Below are positions 1 to 8,019 of a stretch of DNA of 64,000 bases, piece after piece. The notes beneath the pieces were generated by a model that saw nothing but the letters and a program-made list of their open reading frames with translations, was not told the DNA's origin and made no database searches. The position numbers and the translations under genes were made by a program. Source of the DNA: a bacterium (GTDB lineage: Bacteria > UBA10199 > 2-02-FULL-44-16 > JAAZCA01); contig CAXXGI010000002.1 in assembly GCA_963674695.2 (NCBI GenBank), positions 704,001 through 768,000 on the forward strand, in the 5' to 3' direction. Within the stretch, counting starts at the first letter, position 1, and each line of letters opens with the position of its first letter.

Positions 1-1701
1 AAAGCTCGTGTAGAAAGGGTTTGAGACTCCATCCTACACAAAGGAAAGGAACTTCCCTATGATCAGACCTCTACGCCAAAGCCTCCTTCCGTTCAAGTGT
101 GAAATGATGGATCGCGACGATACGCTCACCGGATTCGGTGGTCTGCCCCTACTGCACGAGATGATGCTCGCCCTGGAGCTGCCTCGATTCGTACGCCGTA
201 CGCTCAAGCTGAAGGGGAAGGGCTGGGAGGAGTGGCGACTCCTCGAAGCGCTTATCGTCATGACCGTTGCAGGTGGGGAGCATATGGGCGATATAGCGAT
301 GCTGAAAAGCGACGGGGCCTATCATCGTTTGATCGGTAACGAGGGGATGCCCGGCCCCAAGGCCGTCGAGCGGTTCTTGAAGCGCTTTCACGATCAAGCG
401 CTCGTCGATGAGCGCCCTTTGTTTCCTCGCTCGTGGGTGCCAAAGGAGACGAAAGCGCTTCAATCGTTGGGGAAGATCGATCGCCATATTGCCCGCAAGC
501 TCATCGAGCGGAGCGGACTGGCCACCGTAACGATCGAAAACGATGCCACCGTCGTTACAAGTCACAAGGATGGTGCGCTGGCAACGTACAAGGGCGGCGT
601 TGGCTACCTCCCCGTCATCGGCACGATCGCAGAGCTGGGGATCGTCATCGCCGACGAGTTTCGAGACGGAAACGTTGCCCCTGCACACGATGTCCTGGGC
701 TTCTTCAAGCGCTGTTTCTCGGTGATTCCCAAGGGCATGCACCATATCCGCACACGGCTGGACGGAGCATATTACGATCACGACCTCATCGATTTCCTTG
801 GGCGCGAGAAGATCTCATTCACGATCACCGGGGAGAAGCGCGCCGGGATCCTGGACTGGATCGAGAGGATACCTGATCAGGAATGGAAGCCGCTCACGAA
901 GATTACTGAGCAAGGCTCCGTCCCCACTGGGCGCGAGTGGACCGAGATCGACTGGGTGAGTGCAAACGGATCGCAGGAGCAGATGCGGGATAGGACGTAT
1001 CGCTATCTCGTCACCAGAAAGACAGCGGATCAGTGGGAGCTGTTTCAGGAGGAGGCCGCAGGAGAGGTCGTACGCAAGGAACGCTATGAGCTCATAGTCA
1101 CCAACATGAAGTGGGAGGGCGATCGCCTCATCCGGTGGCACCACGAACGGGGTGGGACGATCGAACACGTCAACAAGCAGATCAAGAGCGATCTCGCCGG
1201 TGGAACGCTTCCCTGTGCCGAATTCGGCGCCAACGCCGCATGGTGGAGGATCCAGTGCATCGCTCAGAATCTTGTGCAGGCACTCCAACTGCACGCCCTG
1301 CCCGAGGAGCTCTCAACCTGCCGACTCAAGAAGCTGCGGCTCTGGCTCTTCTGCATCGCCGGACGCGTCATCAAGACTGGACGGCAGATCATCATCAAAC
1401 TCCGTCACGGACATCCGTCGTTTGAGATCTATCGAGATGCCAGGCGACTCATCGCGAATATGGCTGGGACGTGAGGGCACAGGAAGAACGCGAGAGAAGG
1501 GAAAAAGAGAAGAACAGAAACCGTCGATGGGGTGCGTTCGTAATGTGGCATGAGATATCCTCAGACGGCGGTGAAGACGACAAGACGGAGAAAACATCTC
1601 CGCGCGGCGCTGTTTTCGACGAGATCCAGCCGCCATTTTAAAAAAACAGGCCGGATAATGGTGTGAAGTTAATGCCAATTTTGATGTGTCGGATTTGGGG
1701 G
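1..1701 (+). mobile_element. IS1380-family insertion sequence (left end probably outside the window)
   Basis: Transposase plus ~225 bp 3' region ending GTCGGATTTGGGG(G) near 1700, resembling an IS1380 right end. Boundary is approximate because the left inverted repeat is not visible. Confidence 0.6.
59..1474 (+). CDS. IS1380-family DDE transposase
   Basis: 471 aa. N-terminal GGLPLL, DDE-like motifs (IENDATV, RLDGAYY, RGGTIEHVNKQIK), FGANAAW and C-terminal LRLWLFCIAGRVIKTGRQIIIKL typical of IS1380 transposases. Confidence 0.9.
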   Translation: MIRPLRQSLLPFKCEMMDRDDTLTGFGGLPLLHEMMLALELPRFVRRTLKLKGKGWEEWRLLEALIVMTVAGGEHMGDIAMLKSDGAYHRLIGNEGMPGPKAVERFLKRFHDQALVDERPLFPRSWVPKETKALQSLGKIDRHIARKLIERSGLATVTIENDATVVTSHKDGALATYKGGVGYLPVIGTIAELGIVIADEFRDGNVAPAHDVLGFFKRCFSVIPKGMHHIRTRLDGAYYDHDLIDFLGREKISFTITGEKRAGILDWIERIPDQEWKPLTKITEQGSVPTGREWTEIDWVSANGSQEQMRDRTYRYLVTRKTADQWELFQEEAAGEVVRKERYELIVTNMKWEGDRLIRWHHERGGTIEHVNKQIKSDLAGGTLPCAEFGANAAWWRIQCIAQNLVQALQLHALPEELSTCRLKKLRLWLFCIAGRVIKTGRQIIIKLRHGHPSFEIYRDARRLIANMAGT

Positions 1702-1712
1702 ATCATGAACCA

Positions 1713-1740
1713 CGCAACTTTTCCGGTGTTGAACCGACAA
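1713..1740 (+). promoter_or_regulatory. Putative alternative-sigma (sigma28-like) promoter of the DGR target gene
   Basis: CGCAAC-N14-ACCGACAA. Similar motifs at 12448, 41461-41488(-), 41607, 51401 and 54769. Confidence 0.45.
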
Positions 1741-1788
1741 TGGAGATGTGTGAGCGTATAAATCAAAATTTCAAACAGGAGGTGTGCG

Positions 1789-2691
1789 ATGGCAGGTCCA
1801 GTCAAGTGTCCGAACGATATGTGCCCGATCCCGGCGGGGACGTTCAAAATGGGATCGACGAACGGCGATCCGGACGAACAGCCGGTTCGCGAGATCGAGC
1901 TCTCGGCATATAAGATGATGAAGCACCCCGTGACCGTGCGCGAGTACAGGGCCTATCTGGCCGAGAAGGGCGAGGGCGATCGCTTCAAAGCCCTCATCAA
2001 GGGTTGTGGGGCGGATGCCAAGTGGCGGACCGTCGAAAATAAAAAGGGACAAGGGAAGGTGAAGACCCGAAAGGATGCCGCCGGGCTTTTGCGAGGAAAA
2101 ATCGATGGGAAGAAGGTGTGCGAGGCCAAGATCGAAACCATCACCCCCGCCTCCATGCTCAAATTGGACGAGGGGTTCGACGGCGACGATCAGCCGATGG
2201 TCGAGGTGAGTTGGCCTGAGGCCGATGCCTACTGCAAATTCTACGGCATGGAGCTCCCCTCGGAGGCACAGTGGGAACGGGGTGCAAGAGACCTTGCCGG
2301 TGACAAGGAGTATGGGACATCGAGCGGGACGAGGGCGCGTTTGAGCAAGGAGGCGCATGTCAGTGCGAGGGAGACTGCGCCGGTCTGCTCCTATGCGGAA
2401 AACGAAATTGGCCTCTGTGACATGGCCGGCCAGGTGTGGGAATGGACGCGAGATGTGTACCAGGATAGTTATGAGGGGTTGAGTTCAAAAGATCCTTGTA
2501 ACAATCCGCCCCTTCCTGAATCTCAAAAGGATAAGCCCGACAAACGCAATAGGGTCCTCCGCGGCGGTTCCTGGTACTTCCTCAATCCGAGGTTCTTGCG
2601 TGCGGCGTATCGTTACGACTTCCTCCCCGCCGTTGGCTACTGCAATGTTGGGTTTCGGTGTGTGGCGGCCCCGCAGGACTCCAAAAAGTGA
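1789..2691 (+). CDS. DGR target protein, FGE-sulfatase (CLec-fold) domain
   Basis: RBS AGGAGG upstream. Motifs IPAGTFKMGS, PVTVREY, PMVEVSWPEADAYC, LPSEAQWE, GLCDMAGQVWEW, RVLRGGSW...NVGFRC. 3' end carries the VR. Confidence 0.93.
   Translation: MAGPVKCPNDMCPIPAGTFKMGSTNGDPDEQPVREIELSAYKMMKHPVTVREYRAYLAEKGEGDRFKALIKGCGADAKWRTVENKKGQGKVKTRKDAAGLLRGKIDGKKVCEAKIETITPASMLKLDEGFDGDDQPMVEVSWPEADAYCKFYGMELPSEAQWERGARDLAGDKEYGTSSGTRARLSKEAHVSARETAPVCSYAENEIGLCDMAGQVWEWTRDVYQDSYEGLSSKDPCNNPPLPESQKDKPDKRNRVLRGGSWYFLNPRFLRAAYRYDFLPAVGYCNVGFRCVAAPQDSKK
2552..2676 (+). repeat. DGR variable repeat (VR)
   Basis: 125-bp ungapped match to 4161-4285 with 20 mismatches, each opposite an A in the TR. Confidence 0.97.
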
Positions 2692-2720
2692 TGTAGACTT
2701 TTATTCTTTTGTTTTTTACC

Positions 2721-2755
2721 CTCGCCCCGTCCTTTCGTAGAAAGGACGGGGCGAG
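2721..2755. other. Perfect hairpin/cruciform downstream of VR/IMH (DGR target-recognition element; may also terminate transcription)
   Basis: CTCGCCCCGTCCTTTC-GTA-GAAAGGACGGGGCGAG: 16-bp stem, 3-nt loop, 30 bp after the target stop codon. Confidence 0.85.
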
Positions 2756-2759
2756 TTTT

Positions 2760-2909
2760 ATGATGACAGCCAACCCTCAAATCATCGCCAGGATGTATGA
2801 TCTACTGCTCTACCTCATTCCGCAGGTCTCCAAATTTCCACGAACTGAACTGGAAGCAGTTTTTCCCTCCCCCTTGATGGGGGAGGGTCAGGGTGGGGGT
2901 GGCCTTTGA
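2760..2909 (+). pseudogene. avd: Truncated Avd (DGR accessory variability determinant), N-terminal ~30 aa only
   Basis: MMTANPQIIARMYDLLLYLIPQVSKFPRTE resembles the first helix of Avd (I..K.YDL..W..P....FPR). Similarity ends near 2850 where a REP-like hairpin begins. Expected position between target and RT. Confidence 0.75.
2861..2902. repeat. REP-like hairpin, left flank of DUF559 cassette
   Basis: CCCTCCCCC-TTGAT-GGGGGAGGG (9-bp stem) plus G-rich tail; imperfect inverted copy at 3238-3279. Confidence 0.75.
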
Positions 2910-3286
2910 AGAAACTCGTATCCCTCTCAAGAAACTTGAGGACGAACGCTACGGATACGGAGAAATTCCTATGGCAGCGCCTCAAGGGGAAGCAATTGAC
3001 CGGTTTTAAGTTCCGGAGGCAGGCACCCATCGGAAGGTACGTCGTGGACTTTGTTTGCTTTGAGAAGCGCGTTATCATCGAATGCGACGGCGGCCAGCAC
3101 GCCGATCAAGTCGAAAAAGACCAGCGGCGGGATTCCTGGTTTGCCCAACAGGGATACCGCGTTCTGAGATTCTGGGATAACGACGTTCTCAAAAATGTTG
3201 AGGGAGTTCTGGAGACGATTCTCGACGCCTGTCAGGGTCACCCTCCCTCCGACTCCCTCCCATCAAGGGAGGGAGAAAAGAGTTAG
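2906..3286 (+). CDS. DUF559 / Vsr-like endonuclease
   Basis: [66 protein letters not shown] are characteristic of DUF559. TTG start overlaps the avd' TGA stop. Confidence 0.92.
   Translation: MKKLVSLSRNLRTNATDTEKFLWQRLKGKQLTGFKFRRQAPIGRYVVDFVCFEKRVIIECDGGQHADQVEKDQRRDSWFAQQGYRVLRFWDNDVLKNVEGVLETILDACQGHPPSDSLPSREGEKS
3238..3279. repeat. REP-like hairpin, right flank of DUF559 cassette
   Basis: CTCCCTCCC-ATCAA-GGGAGGGAG (9-bp stem). Its loop is the reverse complement of the left-flank loop. Confidence 0.75.
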
Positions 3287-3288
3287 AC

Positions 3289-4148
3289 AGCGCTGCCCCG
3301 TATCGCGACCGTGTGGTCCACCACGCTATACACAACATTCTCGAGCCGATCTTCGATCCGACGTTCATCCACGATTCCTATGCCACACGAAAGGAAAAGG
3401 GAACGCATGCAGCCATCGACCGCTTTCAGGAGTTCGCGCGAAAGAATCGTTACGCGTTGAAATGCGATGTGAAGCAGTATTTCCCGAGTATCCGGCACGA
3501 CATTCTGCTCGACTTGATCAAGCGAAAGGTCGGATGTTGCGCAACGATTCGGCTGATCGAAAAGATCTTGAATTCGCACGACGCCATGGCCAGTTTCTTG
3601 CATCCATCCATCCATCCATCCATCCATCCATCCATCCATCCATCCATCCATCCATCCATCCAGTAGGAATCCCTATTGGAAATCTGACTTCACAGTTCTT
3701 CGCAAATGTCTATCTCAACGGGTTGGATCATTTCGTCAAAGAACAGTTGAAGTGCCGATGTTATCTTCGGTATATGGATGATTTTGTCCTCTTCCACCGG
3801 GACAAACAGTTCTTGTGGACAGCCAGGGGGGCGATTCAGGAATATCTTGAGGGTCTGCATCTCTCCATGCATGAGGGGAAGTGTCGGGTTTTCAAGACGG
3901 CAACGGGCGTCCCTTTTCTCGGTATGGTCGTTTTCCCTCACTGTCGTCGATTGAAGAGGGGGAATGTCATCCGATTTAAGAGGAGGTTGAAGCGTTTTCA
4001 GCAATCGTATGGGAAGGGAACCATCGAATGGTTGCATATCAGGCAATCCATTCGATCTTGGATCGGTCATGCCTCTCATGCCGATACGGCAAGATTGAGA
4101 GAATATTTATTGGAGGATGTGGTCTTCCAGCGAAAGGAGGGTGATTGA
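3289..4148 (+). pseudogene. DGR reverse transcriptase, 5'-truncated and frameshifted at a (CATC)n tract
   Basis: Frame A (3289-3666): [43 protein letters not shown]. Frame B (to 4148): [41 protein letters not shown]. The LTSQ motif is DGR-type. Confidence 0.9.
3601..3662 (+). repeat. Perfect tetranucleotide microsatellite (CATC)15 inside RT
   Basis: 60 bp of exact CATC repeats plus CA, directly before the [11 protein letters not shown] codons. Confidence 0.97.
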
Positions 4149-4160
4149 TCGAAACGGAGT

Positions 4161-4285
4161 GGGTCCTCCGCGGCGGTTCCTGGAACAACAACAATCCGAG
4201 GAACTTGCGTGCGGCGAATCGTAACAACAACCACCCCGCCAATAGCAACAACAATATTGGGTTTCGGTGTGTGGCGGCCCCGCAG
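4161..4285 (+). ncRNA. DGR template repeat (TR)
   Basis: AAC/AAT-rich copy of VR (13 AAY codons, 31 adenines) starting 12 bp after the RT stop. Diverges from VR at CAG|C versus CAG|G (IMH*/IMH boundary). Confidence 0.96.
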
Positions 4286-4310
4286 CACTCCCTGATTCGG
4301 AGTCAAAGGT

Positions 4311-4357
4311 TTCAAATCGGAGTCCCGGATTTTACGAAATCCGGGGGCGAGTTTGAA
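4311..4357 (+). other. Structured 3' spacer of DGR RNA
   Basis: CCCGGATTT-TACG-AAATCCGGG hairpin (4324-4345, UNCG-type loop) enclosed by TTCAAA...TTTGAA. Confidence 0.55.
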
Positions 4358-4909
4358 GGGAGTCCAGATCGATCGCCCTGGTTTGCTGTGTGATGCGGCG
4401 AACCGAAGATCGCATGGCCCCACCCGGCCCTCGTACCGGTGCATTGCCGTTGACGCGGCGCTTGTCCGCCAACGCCTTGTGGCGGGAGCGGGACGGGTGG
4501 GGATTTTTATTGTGCTTTGGCGACCATTACTCTTTTCATTCCCGTCTTCACGCGTTTTGGCGTCATCGGTGTCTGTGAAGAGCCGCCGGTTCCTGGTTTG
4601 TCATATATGGACTGCCCTCCTGCCTGCCACGGCCTTCTTCCCGGAGGAGCCTAAAAGCGCGTTTGCGAGACCGACCGTATGAGTCGTGAAAATGCCGACT
4701 GGTTTCGTGCGTTCGGGGCTGACGAAGGAAGACACGAACGCACGGTGTTGAAACCAGCGGCATTTTCGCGGCGAGTAGGGAGGCGAGCGCGCTCGAGCGG
4801 CGAAGGGAAGGAGGTCGTGGCAGGCAGTCTCGCTTGACTCGTGCTCTCGCCGTTGACTTCGGATCGGCTTCTGGTAGTTTCGGTGTCTCACTGCCACCGG
4901 GAGGGACGC

Positions 4910-6280
4910 ATGGACACGGCATTGAAATACTTGGAAGAGAATCGCAAGCGACATCAGGAGCTGATGTTCGAGTGTCTGCGCATGGAGACGGTTTCGGCCA
5001 AGAGTGAAAAGGAGGGCGAGATTCGTCGGTGCGGTGATTGGTTGGTCAAACTCGTCGCGGATATGGGGTTTGAAAACGCTGCCCTGCAGGAGACCGGCGG
5101 ATTGCCCGCCGTGTATGCCGATTGGTTGCATGCGGGCGCGGATAAACCCACGATCCTGGTCTATGGACACTTCGACGTGCAGCCGCCCGAGCCGCTCGAT
5201 CTGTGGGAGACGCCGCCGTTTGAGCCGACCATTCGCGATGGCCGTGTCTTCGGTCGTGGGACGGCCGATGATAAGTGTCAGCTGCTCATCCATGTCTTTG
5301 CGCTCGAGGCGCTGCTCAAGATCGACGGGAAACTTCCGATCAACATCAAGCTCTTCTTTGAGAGTGAAGAGGAGGGGGGCACGGGGAGCACGCCGAAGTT
5401 TGTGGAGGAACATCGCGATCTGCTCGCCTGTGATGCGGTGATGCTCTCGGACACCGCGTGGATGGACGAGGAAAACCCGGTCATGATGTACGGCCTGCGC
5501 GGGATCAGCTATTTTCAGGCCGATTTTAAGGGCCCCAACCGCGACCTGCACTCCGGGCGCTTCGGCGGCGTGGTGCAAAACCCGATCGAGGCGATGGCGA
5601 CGGTGATCGCACGGCTGCACGATGAAAAGGGCCGTATCGCCGTTCCGACCATCTATAATGATGTGGTCCCCATCTCGCCCGAAGAACGCGCGGAGTTGGC
5701 CAAACTCGGCGACAACACGGAGGAGACGAAACGCTACCTCGCGGTCGATGCGCTCGCCGGCGAGGAGGGCTATTCCCCCTTCGAGCGCAACTGGGCGCGG
5801 CCGGCGCTCGATGTGCACGGCATCTGGGGCGGTTATCAGGACGAGGGCTCCAAGACCGTGATCGCGAGCAAATGCGGATTCAAGGCGAGCATGCGGCTGG
5901 TGCCGAATCAGGAGCCGAAGAAGGTCTTCGAGGCGTGCAAGACGTTCATCGAAGAGGTCTGCCCGAAGGGGGTCCAGGTGAACGTCGAATTCTATCACGG
6001 CGGCGAGCCGCTGATGGTGCCGATCGACAATCCCTATCTGCGCTGTGCACAGAAGAGTTTGGAGAAGGCCTTCGATAAGCCTGCGCTCCTCATCCGCGAG
6101 GGGGCATCGGTGCCGATCACCGCGACCTTCAAGGACGCGCTCGGCGCGCTCCCCATCCTCATGGGCTTCGACGTCCCCACCGGCAACATCCACGCCCCGA
6201 ACGAAAACTTCATCCTCGAACACTTCTTCAAGGGCATGGAGGCGGCGCTACACTTCTATCGGGATGCGGCGACGGTGTGA
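4910..6280 (+). CDS. M20-family dipeptidase
   Basis: YGHFDVQPP, GRGTADDK, ESEEEGG, DLHSG, GASVPI and NIHAPNE motifs. Confidence 0.92.
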   Translation: MDTALKYLEENRKRHQELMFECLRMETVSAKSEKEGEIRRCGDWLVKLVADMGFENAALQETGGLPAVYADWLHAGADKPTILVYGHFDVQPPEPLDLWETPPFEPTIRDGRVFGRGTADDKCQLLIHVFALEALLKIDGKLPINIKLFFESEEEGGTGSTPKFVEEHRDLLACDAVMLSDTAWMDEENPVMMYGLRGISYFQADFKGPNRDLHSGRFGGVVQNPIEAMATVIARLHDEKGRIAVPTIYNDVVPISPEERAELAKLGDNTEETKRYLAVDALAGEEGYSPFERNWARPALDVHGIWGGYQDEGSKTVIASKCGFKASMRLVPNQEPKKVFEACKTFIEEVCPKGVQVNVEFYHGGEPLMVPIDNPYLRCAQKSLEKAFDKPALLIREGASVPITATFKDALGALPILMGFDVPTGNIHAPNENFILEHFFKGMEAALHFYRDAATV

Positions 6281-6340
6281 GGGGAATGCGTTTGCCTGAC
6301 AGCTTCATATTCTGTACAATCACGTTCCAAAGGGGGGGAT

Positions 6341-6757
6341 ATGCATACATTCAAAGTTGCTCTTGCTGTGGTCGTAGCGATCGCCTTTGTCTCCGTGTCG
6401 TGGATCGGTACGGCCAACGCCGAAACCTGTGAGGTGGGGACGAAGACGCAGGTGAAATGGAAGGGGTCGTGGTATAAGGCGAAGGTCCTCAAGCGAAAAC
6501 CCAATAAAGCGCTGATTACCTATGATGGCTATGGCAGCAATTGGGATGAGTGGGTGGGCCCCGAGCGCATCAAGTGTAGCTTTGCTGCAGCTTCGGCCAA
6601 CCCCTATCCGGAAGGATCGGCCGTGAAGGTGAAGTGGAAGAAGAAATGGTGGCCCGCCAAGGTCATCGGGGTTAAAGAAAACACGTGGAAGATTCATTAC
6701 AACGGCTACGACAAGTCCTGGGATGAATGGGTGGGTCCAAATCGCATCAAGAAGTAG
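6341..6757 (+). CDS. Secreted protein with two tandem Tudor/Agenet (chromo-barrel-like) domains
   Basis: Signal peptide (ANA|E). Two repeats V.WK..W..AKV......I.Y.GY...WDEWVGP.RIK. Confidence 0.75.
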   Translation: MHTFKVALAVVVAIAFVSVSWIGTANAETCEVGTKTQVKWKGSWYKAKVLKRKPNKALITYDGYGSNWDEWVGPERIKCSFAAASANPYPEGSAVKVKWKKKWWPAKVIGVKENTWKIHYNGYDKSWDEWVGPNRIKK

Positions 6758-6776
6758 AACGGCATACGCTTCATAA

Positions 6777-6954
6777 GGCGCTCCAAAGGAGCGCCCCAGA
6801 GTGATGACAAACTCCCCCCTCCTTTGTAAGGAGGGGATGGGGGAGGTAGATCACGGATCTACCCCACCCTAACCCTCCCCTTACAAAGGGGAGGGAACGA
6901 AAAGATCATCACATTGGATTTTGTCAGCAGTCTGAGGCGCTCCTTTGGAGTGCC
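6777..6954. repeat. Nested palindromic intergenic element (REPIN/MITE-like)
   Basis: Outer GGCGCTCCAAAGGAGCGCC / GGCGCTCCTTTGGAGTGCC and CAGAGTGATGACAAA / TTTGTCAGCAGTCTG inverted pairs enclose two inverted CCCTCC..GGAGGG hairpins (6812-6896). Confidence 0.7.
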
Positions 6955-6986
6955 ATTTTTTTAAAGAAGGAAGGGATTCAATACGG

Positions 6987-7901
6987 CTATGGTTTTCGCG
7001 TCGCCTTCCAGGCGTTTCGGAACCAGGGCATTCTGTTGTCCCCGTATCCACCCCGAAAATCGACCGTAAATGACATGCCGTCCGGTGCCATCTTATAGAT
7101 GGCCTCGCCCGCATCCATCGGTGGCTTGTAGGTGGGAGCGTCGCTCCACTTTCCCACAAGCGTGTTGCCCGCGATGTGTCCGCTGATCTTTCCGCTCTGC
7201 AGCGTGTAGTGCCCGGAGACGTGATTGCCGGTCTGGGTCAGGGTGATCGTTCCCGGGTGCGTGTACCAGACGCCACCCCAGACACCAGGGCCAGCCATCA
7301 GCTCCGTCTTTGCGGCGGGCGTTCCCCCGTGTCCGTGGGGCTTGTGCGGTTTCTCCACCATGCCGGCAGCCGCGGGCGCTGTGGCGACCGGCGCCGCGGC
7401 TGCTGGCTTTGCCCCATCGGGGGTGTATGGTTCGAGCCAATAGGCGAGCGACAGGGAGCTCTTCCGGTATCCGCGCAACTCGACCGTATAGTTTCCGGGC
7501 CCGAGCCAGATCGAGCCGAGTTTTCCATGTGTCGCCGATCGGACGCGATGTTGGTGAAACTCGCGAAAGAAATACCCGCCCGTTACCCGACTCTTGATCC
7601 CCCATCCATATGGCGGGGGGGTGCGAGCATCCCATTTCTTCCGCCACTCCTCGGCTTCATTGAAGAGTTGGGTGCTGGGATCATCTTCCACGACTTCGAA
7701 CCCGCACTCCTCGCCGGCGACATAGCCGGAGCCGAACAGGTGAAACCTCGTCGCCTTTTTTCCCTCCGGAACGACAATAGTTCTGTAGCTGGACTGCGTA
7801 TGACAGTCGGTCTTGAGGTTGATCTTAACGGCTCCCGCCGCTTGCGCGGTCGATGGAAGGATGAGGACGATCACGGCCGCAGCGAGAAGGAATGTTTTCA
7901 T
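6987..7901 (-). CDS. Secreted hypothetical protein with Ala/Pro linker and C-terminal beta-barrel-like domain
   Basis: Signal peptide MKTFLLAAAVIVLILPSTAQA. C-terminal beta-rich WGGVW..LTQTGNHVSGHY..GKISG..L.GKW. Confidence 0.7.
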   Translation of the reverse strand: MKTFLLAAAVIVLILPSTAQAAGAVKINLKTDCHTQSSYRTIVVPEGKKATRFHLFGSGYVAGEECGFEVVEDDPSTQLFNEAEEWRKKWDARTPPPYGWGIKSRVTGGYFFREFHQHRVRSATHGKLGSIWLGPGNYTVELRGYRKSSLSLAYWLEPYTPDGAKPAAAAPVATAPAAAGMVEKPHKPHGHGGTPAAKTELMAGPGVWGGVWYTHPGTITLTQTGNHVSGHYTLQSGKISGHIAGNTLVGKWSDAPTYKPPMDAGEAIYKMAPDGMSFTVDFRGGYGDNRMPWFRNAWKATRKP

Positions 7902-8019
7902 AGAGGACACCGCCTTTCGGGAGGGGAGGAATAACGCTCCTAGGAAATTCGCAGATATCTCGTTCAGGATCAATAAAATAAGGGCGTATTCGTGCTGTCA
8001 GCGCATTGCGCGCCCTTTC

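Noticed and set aside
3195-3600. N-terminal part of the 317-aa ORF 3195-4148
   Set aside because: Off-frame sequence. True RT motifs upstream of the CATC tract are in the 3289/3313 frame.
3289-4148. Group II intron or retron interpretation of the RT
   Set aside because: The GNLTSQ motif, adjacent Avd fragment and A-specific TR/VR pair indicate a DGR. No intron domain V/VI or msr-msd seen.
1789-4345. Prophage context for the DGR
   Set aside because: No structural, terminase or integrase genes nearby. Flanks are an IS and a housekeeping peptidase.
4145-4393. 82-aa Asn-rich ORF ([17 protein letters not shown])
   Set aside because: It is the translation of the DGR template repeat, which functions as RNA. 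No evidence that it is a protein gene.
4400-4900. Possible ncRNA or small ORFs between TR and the peptidase
   Set aside because: No recognisable RNA family or protein motif. Cannot be supported from the sequence alone.
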